This document shows positions 38,704 through 48,223 of a DNA stretch of 64,000 bases, piece after piece. Under the pieces are notes generated by a model. It was not told the origin of the DNA. It made no database searches and saw only the letters and a list, made by a program, of their open reading frames with translations. Made by a program: the position numbers and the translations under genes. Source of the stretch: a virus; IMG/VR virus record IMGVR_UViG_3300036768_000767, positions 2,341 to 66,340 of that record, one strand, 5' to 3'. Every line of letters starts with the position of its first letter. The stretch's first letter is position 1.

Positions 38704-39576
38704 ATGAGAGACTTCTTCCGCTGGTGCCTACTACCGTTTCTGGTTGGGCTGGTGTTTGGGTTCATGCATGCCGCGCATGGGCAGGAAGGCGGGAACAACC
38801 TCTGTGCCAGCTACCTGGGCATGTGCTCCAAGCACTGGCCGTGCTCAAAGTCGCTCCGCGTCTTCCAGGGCCTGTCGGAGAAGCGGGTCGGCTGGCTGGC
38901 CGACGGTACTTTTGGCACGACGTGTACGTGCCCGAAGCGATTTCTGGCGCTTCCCGGGAAGAAGGTCATCCGTGTCCAGCTCCTGAACGGCACGTGCTTT
39001 CCCGAGCGCGGGAGGCGATGTGGCCGCCGGGAGACCTTCTACGCCGAGTCCATTCGTTCGGCAGATCGGAAGCTCGCGCGTGGCGACAAGCGACTCTTGG
39101 CACGCATAGATCGAGCGCTCAAGGCTACCCGTGCGGTGGTCCCGTACGACTTGCCGGACACCATCAAACTGGCCGGGCTATGTTTAGAGTGCCCGCTCGG
39201 TGCGAATGCTAGGTTGGCCATCCTGCAGCGGGCGAAGACCATCTTGCCGGATTTCGTGTTCGTCGATTCCGTACTTACGCAGAAATGCCTGCCGGGCCTG
39301 GTATGCGAAAAACACGGTTTCTCGCCGCGGTGTAATCCCGCCGTGCAGGAGTGTCTGGCGGACACCGACGGCGACGACTTCCGGACGATGGATGGGGATC
39401 GGTTCCTCCTAGCAACGACGGGATTCGTGATGGCGTGTCTTTGGTCGCCCAGCATGAACTGCCTCGACGAGTCACGCTCGTCATTCGAGCCGCCGCCAAC
39501 CCGCACCCACTGCCCGACGCAGGGTGATTTCGAAGCCCTCCGCTACTGGCTCCTCGAGGGCGTGGTGCGGCCGTGA
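38704..39576 (+). CDS. Cys-rich exported protein of unknown function
   Basis: Signal peptide ending AAHG; many Cys. Confidence 0.7.
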   Translation: MRDFFRWCLLPFLVGLVFGFMHAAHGQEGGNNLCASYLGMCSKHWPCSKSLRVFQGLSEKRVGWLADGTFGTTCTCPKRFLALPGKKVIRVQLLNGTCFPERGRRCGRRETFYAESIRSADRKLARGDKRLLARIDRALKATRAVVPYDLPDTIKLAGLCLECPLGANARLAILQRAKTILPDFVFVDSVLTQKCLPGLVCEKHGFSPRCNPAVQECLADTDGDDFRTMDGDRFLLATTGFVMACLWSPSMNCLDESRSSFEPPPTRTHCPTQGDFEALRYWLLEGVVRP

Positions 39577-39764
39577 GGATATGCCTCCTCACCGCCGCCA
39601 TTATGCTGCTTTGCGGCTGCGGTGTCTCGTTGCAAGCTAGCGCATGGAACCACTCGGCGAAAGAGTGTCGGGAAGCGGAGGACTACGGAAACGGCTACTG
39701 GGAGCGGGATGTATTCTGTCGCGACGGCGTGGGATTCCTGACCTGGGCGACGTGGGTGTGGTAG
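39573..39764 (+). CDS. Small lipoprotein (spanin-like?)
   Basis: Lipobox LCGC; GTGA overlap. Confidence 0.45.
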   Translation: MRICLLTAAIMLLCGCGVSLQASAWNHSAKECREAEDYGNGYWERDVFCRDGVGFLTWATWVW

Positions 39765-39794
39765 ACCGCCGGCAAGTCGTGCGACACTGACCGC

Positions 39795-40085
39795 ATGACA
39801 GCGAAAATCCTGAACTTCATTCTCAGCTACTCGAAACTCGGAAAGTTTCTCGACGGACACAAGACCATCATCGGGGCATCTCTGCTTCTCGTTGTAAAGG
39901 TACTCGAAGGTCTTCAGGCTATCTCGCCATTGTTTCCAACAGCCACCTATCTCGGACAGGCGGAAGATAGCGTCCGCGACGCGCTGAACGTCACCATCTC
40001 CACGCTCGAAGCTCTCGGCTACTCGTTCGCGAGCATCGGGCTTGCGCGAAAGTACGTGAAGGCGAAGCTCCCAGATGGGAAGTAA
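39795..40085 (+). CDS. Putative holin
   Basis: LDGHKTIIG motif, two hydrophobic segments, basic C-terminus. Confidence 0.65.
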   Translation: MTAKILNFILSYSKLGKFLDGHKTIIGASLLLVVKVLEGLQAISPLFPTATYLGQAEDSVRDALNVTISTLEALGYSFASIGLARKYVKAKLPDGK

Positions 40086-40221
40086 AGACTTCAAGCGTTT
40101 TCGTCTTAAAGATTTTCACTATGCGCGCACCATCGCAGTATTTGCGTAGCTTACTCCTTTACCGGTGGTTCTTTTGCCAATTCCGACCCATTGCCTTGAT
40201 GTCGCTCTTGCGTTCGGTGCA

Positions 40222-40383
40222 TTAGGTAAAGCCGCAAAGGGCCGCTGGGACGGCGTCGATGCAATTGAATGTGTCCGATCCGTACGTAATGGGGGTAGAT
40301 AGCCGCGATCCGTTTCGACACCGCTGCATTGGCACTACCAATCTGCCGAAACGTTGACCGGTAACATCCATCAATCGACTCAT
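40222..40383 (-). pseudogene. N-terminal fragment of HNH homing-endonuclease-like gene
   Basis: MSRLMDVTGQRFGRLVV, then similarity is lost. Confidence 0.55.
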
Positions 40384-40756
40384 ACCTTGTTTGGTTCCCA
40401 GTCCCGTTCTGTCGCGTCACGCTCATCCCTATCAGGTCAATCGCTGAACTCACAGAAAATATGTATTCATCACGATTACTTAGATGGAAAAGTACGGGCA
40501 ATGTTAAAAATTGTTGACACAAAATCATTTTCTGACGAATCATACTCTACACAAGACAAGCTGATGAGCACTAAGGCTCATCAAAACCGACAGCAGGGAG
40601 GCAGGTATGGGGAGGTTCAGGGCGAAGGCGGATGCAGCGCTCGACGTGATCTTTGAGGTCATGTGGTGGGCGACTGTAGCAGGTCTCGTGGTCTTGGGCA
40701 CCACCATGACCGTGCCCCACCTGTAGGGCATTTTACGTGACACAAGGAGGCAAACA

Positions 40757-40981
40757 ATGAGAAGCGCAGCAATAGCAAAACAAAGACTTCAACGACTCAC
40801 GTGGGACGCGTGGGCAAGGCGGGTGGACGTGATGTTGTCCGTAGCCGGGCTCTCACGGGCCGACTTTCCGCAGTATCCGTTTCGCTCGACTCATTTGGCC
40901 GGTGTTTCGGCGAGTGAGGTGGCGATCCGGTTACTTGCGGAGCATGCGGAGCAGTTGAAGGGACAGAAGGTTAGCGTCTAG
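40757..40981 (+). CDS. Hypothetical protein
   Basis: AAGGAGG RBS. Confidence 0.6.
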   Translation: MRSAAIAKQRLQRLTWDAWARRVDVMLSVAGLSRADFPQYPFRSTHLAGVSASEVAIRLLAEHAEQLKGQKVSV

Positions 40982-41001
40982 GTGGATGGAGAACGAAGGT
41001 T

Positions 41002-41244
41002 ATGAAGACATACCATGACAACACAGCGGAGAAGACTTGCAAGGAATACGCACTACTCATTTCAATGCTCACCGCCCTGGGGGTAGCAATGTTTGGCACC
41101 GGGTGTGCTGGGATTGGCGCGTCGGCTAACATTTACCGGATCGACGAGCACCAGGAGAGCCACAAGACGTATCGCAACGCGATCCCGCTCAAATGTTATT
41201 TCGTCAACTGCGCACCCGAGGCAGACGAGGCCCAAGGTTCATGA
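41002..41244 (+). CDS. Putative lipoprotein
   Basis: Hydrophobic segment ending GTGC. Confidence 0.55.
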   Translation: MKTYHDNTAEKTCKEYALLISMLTALGVAMFGTGCAGIGASANIYRIDEHQESHKTYRNAIPLKCYFVNCAPEADEAQGS

Positions 41245-41266
41245 CGGCTAGCAGGTAAGGAGGACT

Positions 41267-41434
41267 ATGTTCGATCAAATCAAAGCACATCTCTTCAGTA
41301 TCCCGGGCATCGTGACCACGTTCATTCATGTGTTCCTGGTGGTCGGCTTCGTCACCTGCTACATGGCGTTCCAGACGCAGGTACTCGGCAATGACCCGCT
41401 GGCGCAGGTCCAGCAGGTGAAACCGAAGAAGTAA
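41267..41434 (+). CDS. Small membrane protein (55 aa)
   Basis: AAGGAGG RBS; MFDQIKAHLFSIPGIVTTFIHVFLVVGFVTCY; below ORF-track cutoff. Confidence 0.6.
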   Translation: MFDQIKAHLFSIPGIVTTFIHVFLVVGFVTCYMAFQTQVLGNDPLAQVQQVKPKK

Positions 41435-41437
41435 CCC

Positions 41438-41956
41438 GTGAGCCAGAACGGAAACGGCGGGGTATGCCTCGTGGTCTGCCTCGCCCTGGTATTCGTAACT
41501 GCCCGGGTTGAACGCGCTCCACACCTGGGCAAACTACGCTACCACGCACTTCGCATCTGGGGGATTCACACCACGCCGCCGCCAGAGGTGGTTGATGACG
41601 CCATCGACCGCGCAGCCGACGAGCACGGAATCCCCCGGAAACTGTTCCGGGCACTGGTCCACGTCGAGAGTCGCAAGAATCCCAACGCAGTCTCGCCGAA
41701 AGGGGCGACGGGCCTCAGCCAGATCATGCCGGCCAATTCCAGGCGGTGCGGGCTGTCAAGCGCCCGCCAGCTCGAGGACGTCATCTTCAACGCCCGGTGT
41801 GGGGCTCAGATCTTAGCCGAGGAGTTGACTACCTACGGCGGCAACGTGACCAAGGCGCTCAAGGCGTACAACGGAGGGCCCAAGTGTGTGAACGGCGGGT
41901 GTAAAGAATCGGACGCCTATGCCCTGCGCGTTCTTTCTATCGCCAGCCGCGGCTGA
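41438..41956 (+). CDS. Soluble lytic transglycosylase (SLT domain)
   Basis: VES..NP.AVS.KGA.GL.QIMP, ALKAYNGGP. Confidence 0.92.
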   Translation: MSQNGNGGVCLVVCLALVFVTARVERAPHLGKLRYHALRIWGIHTTPPPEVVDDAIDRAADEHGIPRKLFRALVHVESRKNPNAVSPKGATGLSQIMPANSRRCGLSSARQLEDVIFNARCGAQILAEELTTYGGNVTKALKAYNGGPKCVNGGCKESDAYALRVLSIASRG

Positions 41957-42233
41957 ATGTGTAACGCTGAGCCTACCGACGACCCTTCACCAACTCCTCG
42001 GTAGCGCCGGGTGCGGGGAGACCTGCCCGCCCGGCACGAGGACGAACGAGCCATACAGCAAAGTTCACGCGACGACGGGACGGCGGCCGACGCGGGTAAC
42101 CAACCCCGCCGAGGGGGCAGATGACCCACGTGGCGCTGTTACCTCGCCGAGACCCGGACCCCGTCACCCGCGAGGGCGGCGGGCAGATAGCTCAAGGGGA
42201 TGAAGGCCGCGAGGCCGACTCGGGTGTGTGGAC

Positions 42234-42260
42234 GATATAAAAAGCTACTCTTTTTATATC
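42234..42260. repeat. Perfect 11-bp AT-rich inverted repeat (candidate oriT/oriV element)
   Basis: GATATAAAAAG-CTACT-CTTTTTATATC in GC-rich non-coding DNA. Confidence 0.5.
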
Positions 42261-42912
42261 ACGGAGACGGGGCCAGACCGCGAAACGACGGGCGGGGGCG
42301 CGGTAACTCGGGGCTTGTGCGTTCTACCGAGACGGAAATCTCCATGGGAGGAAAGTGTTCGGCCGGGGAACCGGTCGGGATACTCCGCCCGTCCCGTGGC
42401 CGAAGAAGCCACTAGCGACGTGACCACCACAACGACGGCCGCACGACAAATCGGGACCCTCTCCCACGCAAGGACCGAAGGTTCTCGAGGAGAGGGAATG
42501 CGCGGTGTCGGTAGGACGCTCGGCGGGTTGAGGAGCGAAGGTGTTTCAGGGCCACACGGCGGGGCCAGCGGTTTAGGAAATGCGGTTCTACGAGCGATGC
42601 GGGCCAGCAGGGCAGTTGGCTGCATTCCCCGTCCTGGGGGGACGACAGCATCCACCGAGGGAGGTGGCGGTCATTTTCGTGCGCAGTACCACCCGGAAGG
42701 GGAATGCACGGACGTGGCCCTGAAGGTTATGGTCGGCGGCCCGGGGGAGCCTCTGCCGTGAGGCGGAAATCCCCCAACCTGATCTATCCTTGACGTGGAG
42801 CCGGTCGCCCGTGCGGGGCGAAAGGACCGGGGGGCCGGACAGGGGCTATTTCGCACCCGACCCTTCGAGCACGCCCTGTTGGTAGCAGGGGGGGGGCTCC
42901 GCTTAAAGACCT

Positions 42913-43596
42913 ATGACCCCGTACCTCGTCAAGTCGCCACGCCACCTCGTCCAACTCCTGGCCTGCAACATCCTGAACCGCGGCTACCTGTTCTACTGCA
43001 CGTCCTGGATCCCGGACGGGAAGGACCCGCTGCCCATCGACGCCCGCCTCCTCCTCATCTACTCCGCGCACCTGCCGAAGGAGAAGCAGTACCGCCGGCG
43101 GAAGGCCGGGCTCGCGTCGGTCCGGTATCTTCGCTGCGGCCAGCTCTGCGTGCTGCTCGCGACGAAGGGCCAGTCGCCGTTCTTCGAGCGCGAGGCGTGG
43201 AAGGACGTGCGCGAGGTACCGCTCCACATAGCCGGCTACAGCCTGCGAGTGGCAAAGGACACGGGCAAGGTCAGTGTCCGCATCCACGCCGAGGCCCAGA
43301 GGAAGATGCGGCGGGAGATGACCGAGAAGGCGGCGTGGGACGTCCGGTACTGGGAGGAGCGGATTCTCAACATCCCGTTCCTGGCCTTCAGTGGCGTGAG
43401 GGACAACGTGTTCGCGCTCGTGCGGCACCTAAACGCCTGCCGAAAGAGTCTGAGGAAGCCGCCGGTCGAGTGGAAGCGGTGCGTGCGGAAGCGGATCAAG
43501 CCGGAGCCGGTGTTTCTACCGACACCGCCGGAGGTCGATGAGGCGGTGAAGTGGTACGGTGGAGAGGTTGGTCGCGCACGGCGTAACCTTGAGTAA
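42913..43596 (+). CDS. Conserved mobile-element hypothetical protein
   Basis: VQLLA...GY.FY...IP.GKDP..ID..RRKAGLASVRYLR..LLAT.G family, recalled from Planctomycete elements. Confidence 0.7.
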   Translation: MTPYLVKSPRHLVQLLACNILNRGYLFYCTSWIPDGKDPLPIDARLLLIYSAHLPKEKQYRRRKAGLASVRYLRCGQLCVLLATKGQSPFFEREAWKDVREVPLHIAGYSLRVAKDTGKVSVRIHAEAQRKMRREMTEKAAWDVRYWEERILNIPFLAFSGVRDNVFALVRHLNACRKSLRKPPVEWKRCVRKRIKPEPVFLPTPPEVDEAVKWYGGEVGRARRNLE

Positions 43597-43628
43597 AACC
43601 TCTCCGGTACTGCTTTTTGCCCACGGCG

Positions 43629-43964
43629 CTAGATGGGGATATCCTCCTCACCGCCGCCGTGCCCGTTGCCCCCGAGGTTCGTGCCGGTCTGATGCGCGAT
43701 CCACAGCCAGCACAGCCTGCTCATCTCGGCCACGACGAGCAAGTCATCCCGACCGTAGCTGGTGGCGCTTTTCCACACATCGTTACCATCCTTGTAAGAT
43801 CGTGTGATATTTACGCTGAACCACGGGCCTTCCTTGCCTTCGTTGCGCCAGACGATCCCGCGGATCCTCCCGATCCGGCACTCGTATACCGGTGGAATGC
43901 GGAAACCTTGGCCTTGCTGCTCTGTGGGCGGACCCTCGATGCCTTGGGCTTTCTTTTTACCCAT
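43629..43964 (-). CDS. Putative ssDNA-binding protein (PC4/SSB-like)
   Basis: GRIRGIVWRN, RSYKDG..WK...SYGRDDL, acidic tail EEDIPI. Confidence 0.7.
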   Translation of the reverse strand: MGKKKAQGIEGPPTEQQGQGFRIPPVYECRIGRIRGIVWRNEGKEGPWFSVNITRSYKDGNDVWKSATSYGRDDLLVVAEMSRLCWLWIAHQTGTNLGGNGHGGGEEDIPI

Positions 43965-44117
43965 GTGAACACCCTCCCTTGTCGGATGGAGTGAGACACG
44001 CTCACGCCCTCCATCTGGTGAATGGGACAGATATGAACGAACACGACGCCAGAGCTTCATGCCCCTGCGTCGTGGTTGTCGTCACGTCCCGGCATCCGTG
44101 CCGGGGGTTGGCTTTGG

Positions 44118-44873
44118 TCAGGCGGCCGTCGCGGGCTCGGACAGGGCGAGGACCGACCCGAGCCGGACTGTCGCGTGGGCATGGGCCTGCGGGTTCCTCT
44201 TCTGCCGATCGTTGAGCGCGTAGGTCACCGCGTTATAGAGCGACCACGCCGTTCGCGGCTCGAAGTCCGGGTAGTCCGGCCGCCGCCACTGGTTCAGGGC
44301 GACGGGGAGCGTCTGCGGCGACAGGATTTTCGCCTCGTAGCACCGCAGGAGCAGGCTCTCGGCCTTCGTGTCGTCGATCTCCCAGGCAGCGAGGCGCTTG
44401 ATCCGCTCCTCCTCCACTTGGCGGTACTGCTCCAGGTCGGTCACCGCCTTGACGATGGCCTCCTGGTAGCGGAGCACGCCGTTGGTGGTGTGTTTCCGGG
44501 CGATGGTCTTCTCCATCGACCAGGCGCCGTTGTCGCAGACCCAGACGTTGTGCCCATAGCCCCAGCGGAGGCTGATGGACTTGTCAATGCTGGAGGCGAC
44601 GGCGACCGCGAGGCTGACCCCGTGGACGATGTTCGACTCGAGCACGAGAGTGCCCCAGAACCGCTGATCGTTTCGACTTAGCCCGAGCTTGAGCTTTTTG
44701 ATGCCGTACCCGGCGTCGGTGAGGCCCTTGACTGCGAAGTCGAGGACCGTCGCGTGCGGGACCGGCTTCCACCTGCCTTCGGCTTGTGGGCACGGGACCA
44801 CCGCGAGTTCGTCGCGTGTGACCTCTCGGGCCCCGCAGTGCAGCGTCATCACTGCCGTGGCGGTGTCGGACAT
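44118..44873 (-). CDS. DUF932-family protein
   Basis: WKPVPH, SIDKS, VWVCDNG, RKHT, TAWSLYNAVT. Confidence 0.85.
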   Translation of the reverse strand: MSDTATAVMTLHCGAREVTRDELAVVPCPQAEGRWKPVPHATVLDFAVKGLTDAGYGIKKLKLGLSRNDQRFWGTLVLESNIVHGVSLAVAVASSIDKSISLRWGYGHNVWVCDNGAWSMEKTIARKHTTNGVLRYQEAIVKAVTDLEQYRQVEEERIKRLAAWEIDDTKAESLLLRCYEAKILSPQTLPVALNQWRRPDYPDFEPRTAWSLYNAVTYALNDRQKRNPQAHAHATVRLGSVLALSEPATAA

Positions 44874-45016
44874 GGTGATGCCCTCCAACAGGAGGGTTGG
44901 CGCACGGAAAAACCTTCAGTGCTGATAACCAACCTCTCGAAGCGTCGAGGGGTCGGTGAGAGAGATGCTTCTACCCAACGACGAGAAGACCACGATCGAG
45001 GGCGACTGGCAATGGG

Positions 45017-45394
45017 CTACTTCCGGCGGGTCTCCTTGCACTCCCACCACCAGCCGCCGACGGCTCGAACAGTCGCGTACATGGCGTAGGCTTCGGCCCG
45101 GAGTTTCATGCTGTCGCCGGCGAGCATCAGCGATTGCCGGAGAAACTCCCGGTCCACCTCCGAGCGGGTGTGGGTCTTCTGGTATTCGAGGTTGCTGTAC
45201 GCCGCGTCATGGAACGTAGCGGCCTGGGTGAGCGGATGGGTAACAGGAAGCGAGAAGAAGCCGACGCCGAGGCGGACCGTCTTGTCTTTGCTCGCGCTGT
45301 CGTCGGGGAAGGCATAGACGTTACCGGTGATATCTCGCCACTTGCCGTCGTCGTCCTGGAATAGCTCCACCCCGTAGATGATCCGCTTCTTCAC
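45017..45394 (-). CDS. DUF1353/phospholipase A2-like protein
   Basis: AATFHDAAY, TRSEVDREF, MYATVRAVG. Confidence 0.7.
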   Translation of the reverse strand: MKKRIIYGVELFQDDDGKWRDITGNVYAFPDDSASKDKTVRLGVGFFSLPVTHPLTQAATFHDAAYSNLEYQKTHTRSEVDREFLRQSLMLAGDSMKLRAEAYAMYATVRAVGGWWWECKETRRK

Positions 45395-45406
45395 CTGGTC
45401 AGGGTA

Positions 45407-45958
45407 TCACTCATCGTTTTCGTCCGGTGCATCGTGGTGGTCGACCGGCCTCCAGTCTTTCTTCTCCATCCGGCGCGCGATTCGGTCGAAGCTGACGGGC
45501 GTGAATTCCCAGCAGTCCACACCGACGTCCAGGCTTTTCGCACGCGGATCGTCGGGCAGGCTACCGTGAGAGTGGCCGTAAAGGTGCCACGACCCATGGT
45601 GCGACGATCGCCACACGCGGCAGGCGTAGTGATGAAGGTAAATCTTTTGGGCACCCACCTTCAGGTAGTGCGCGTCCTTGATCCAGACAAAGTACCGGGC
45701 GAACCGCTCGATCTGGCAGTCATGGTTCCCCTTCACGAGGTAGATCTGACCGTTCAGCCGCTTCAGCACCGCTTCGGTCTCTTCGAGGCGACCGAGGGAG
45801 ACATCGCCGAGGTGGTAGACACGGTCGCCTTTCGAGACGACGGCGTTCCACCGCTCGATGAGCGTCTCGTTCATCTCCCAGATTGACGCGAAGCCACGCT
45901 TCCGCTGGACGAGAGGGTGGGAGAAGTGAGTATCTGCGGTGAAGAAAACCGTTTCCAT
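45407..45958 (-). CDS. Calcineurin-like metallophosphoesterase
   Basis: FTADTHF, YHLGD, KGNHD, LYGHSH, DVGVD. Confidence 0.92.
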   Translation of the reverse strand: METVFFTADTHFSHPLVQRKRGFASIWEMNETLIERWNAVVSKGDRVYHLGDVSLGRLEETEAVLKRLNGQIYLVKGNHDCQIERFARYFVWIKDAHYLKVGAQKIYLHHYACRVWRSSHHGSWHLYGHSHGSLPDDPRAKSLDVGVDCWEFTPVSFDRIARRMEKKDWRPVDHHDAPDENDE

Positions 45959-46292
45959 ACGGCTACGGAGCGTAGCACATCTCTATTCACCGTGCCGCGA
46001 TCATCTTTGCGTACTTCAGCCCGCTGCGGACGCCGTAGTTGTTCTGCGTCAGTAGCACGATCATGGGCCTCGAAATGGTGCGGCTGGATGCAGGGCCGAG
46101 AGGGGTTGCTAGTTCTCGGCACAACCGTCTATAGCCCCCAGCCGCGAGAGCACGGTAACCCATCGGAAAACCGCGCTCAAGGATGGGGCCGTCCCACCCT
46201 TGAGCGCCTGGGGCCATCGGCCTCCGGACCGCCCCTATTCCTCGGTCCGATCAGCGGACTTCCGCTTCAGGGCGGCAGGGCTAGGATGCCAC

Positions 46293-47321
46293 CTACGCAC
46301 TGAAGGTGCCATCGCTTCTTTTTTTCTTCGGATTGGGCTCCGGCTTCGGTACCGCCGTGACGAACGGCGAGCGTGAAGGTTCGATCGGGATGCCCGCACT
46401 CGGTTTCTTCTCCTGATATTTCTTCATCATGCCCACCAGGGCTCGCTTCATCTCCTGGACTTTCTGGATTAAGTGCTTCGCGACGGCTGCCGCCTGTTTC
46501 GGCGGATAGGCCTTCGACTTGTACTCCTCGAAGTCGTTGTCGAACATCTTCAGCCATTCCAGGTCCGCCGACGCGATGTAGTTGTCCCCGCGGGCTACGA
46601 TCAGAACCGCGAGGTTCATGATCTTCACGCTGTCTGGCGTGTTTCCGGCGTCCTGGTCGTCGCCGAGCCGCACGAGGTACGCCCGCTGAGGTTCCGTGAG
46701 TAACACCCGCTTGAGCCGGCCCAAGAACTCGTTGGTCACGGCCACGTCGTTTCGCTCGCCACGGTTGACGAGCCGGAAGGCTTCGGCTACGACGGCCTCG
46801 GGGAATATGACCAACTCATCCTGGCGGCTCTCCTCGAGCACATACTTCGGCACCTCGGTGACGAGCACCCGGCGTACACCGACGTCCATCCCCAACAGCA
46901 GAGACACGGCGAAGCCGGTGCCGTGGGCCGGTTCCCCGAGGTCGCTGCCAATGGTGCCGTCTTCCGCCAGGCCGTAGAGCATGTCCAGGCAATTCTGCAA
47001 TTCGTTCGAGCAGCCGTACAGCCGCAGCATGGCATCGAATGTCTCGCGGTTAGGCTTCTCCAGCAATCCGCTCTCGACCTTCGACAGGTAGTCGGCCTTC
47101 ACCCCGAGTTTTCCCGCCACGGCTCGGAGCGACTCCTCCGGAAACTGCGTGAGGCGGATCCGGCGCAGGAGATTGTTGAGCAGGTTCGGCGTCTTGTTCG
47201 ACTCGTCCACCGCATGACCCTCCGTTTTCAAACAGCATAGTAGCGCTCGGCGAATTGGTATAATAATCTTTTTTTTGGAAACAGTATCTTGACTTCGGAT
47301 CAGCGGGGTGGATAATTTCAA
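46293..47321 (-). CDS. XRE-family HTH regulator with unknown C-terminal domain (start may be ~47210)
   Basis: SLRAVAGKLGVKADYLSKVESG..KP. Confidence 0.75.
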   Translation of the reverse strand: MKLSTPLIRSQDTVSKKKIIIPIRRALLCCLKTEGHAVDESNKTPNLLNNLLRRIRLTQFPEESLRAVAGKLGVKADYLSKVESGLLEKPNRETFDAMLRLYGCSNELQNCLDMLYGLAEDGTIGSDLGEPAHGTGFAVSLLLGMDVGVRRVLVTEVPKYVLEESRQDELVIFPEAVVAEAFRLVNRGERNDVAVTNEFLGRLKRVLLTEPQRAYLVRLGDDQDAGNTPDSVKIMNLAVLIVARGDNYIASADLEWLKMFDNDFEEYKSKAYPPKQAAAVAKHLIQKVQEMKRALVGMMKKYQEKKPSAGIPIEPSRSPFVTAVPKPEPNPKKKRSDGTFSA

Positions 47322-47541
47322 GTAGTTAACCGTCTACTACCCCACGCAACCTGACAAACTTCAAGCTCAGCGACTCACGGTCTTCCCAGCCAGGAAGCCC
47401 TCACGATGAGGGTCCGTCCCACCGTGCGCGCGTGGAGAAAACCGCGATAACATTTCTCCACCCGCCCCCGCTCAGCTTGCCCTTCGGACGCAGCCGGTCC
47501 ACCCCGGGCCGACCGTCATAGACCCCCTTGGAGGCCAAGCC

Positions 47542-48219
47542 ATGGCCGACATCTCGAGAGTGCTGAGCGGGATGCTGAACCGCCGCACCCGCCGCGTGCT
47601 GAAGCTCGGAAAAGACCTGCACCGCTGCCGGATCGCCCTCGACCTGAGCGGCTCGACCGCACACTACCACCCGCGCATCAAGGCCCTCTGGGCGCAGCTC
47701 ATCTCCAAGGTCGCCGCGAGCCCGGCGATGGCTGCCCAGTTCCTGATCGGCGCCACCGTCATGTCCGAGAAGGTGCTCTCCTCGCCCTACCAGGAGCCGG
47801 GCAAGGCCGAGCTGCCCGAGATCAAGGCGGGCGGCACCTCGCCCATCGCCCAGATGGTTCGCGACCTCACCGCCGCCGACGCGGACAAGTGTGCGATGGA
47901 CGGCGTGACCATCGCGATACTGCTCACCGACGGCCAGTACATGGAGAGTGACGAGGAGATGAGGGCCGCGATCGCGGCGTACCGGGCGGCCCAGGACGAG
48001 CGAAACATCCACGTCTTCCCCGTCGCGTTGGGGATGAAGAAGATGGTGAACTGGAACGTGCTCAACGCGCTTTCGGTCAAACACACCCCGGCGCACAGCC
48101 CGGACCTCGACTTCGACGCCATCTTCGAGGCCGCCTTCGGCCTGATCGAGTCCGCGTCCATCAGCGTTCAGCGGATGGCGTCCGTCAAGACCATCGACAT
48201 CAACAGGAAGCCGGAGTGA
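47542..48219 (+). CDS. vWA (TerY-like) protein
   Basis: MIDAS LDLSGS, GGTSP, LLTDG, FPVALG. Confidence 0.8.
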   Translation: MADISRVLSGMLNRRTRRVLKLGKDLHRCRIALDLSGSTAHYHPRIKALWAQLISKVAASPAMAAQFLIGATVMSEKVLSSPYQEPGKAELPEIKAGGTSPIAQMVRDLTAADADKCAMDGVTIAILLTDGQYMESDEEMRAAIAAYRAAQDERNIHVFPVALGMKKMVNWNVLNALSVKHTPAHSPDLDFDAIFEAAFGLIESASISVQRMASVKTIDINRKPE

Positions 48220-48223
48220 CGCC

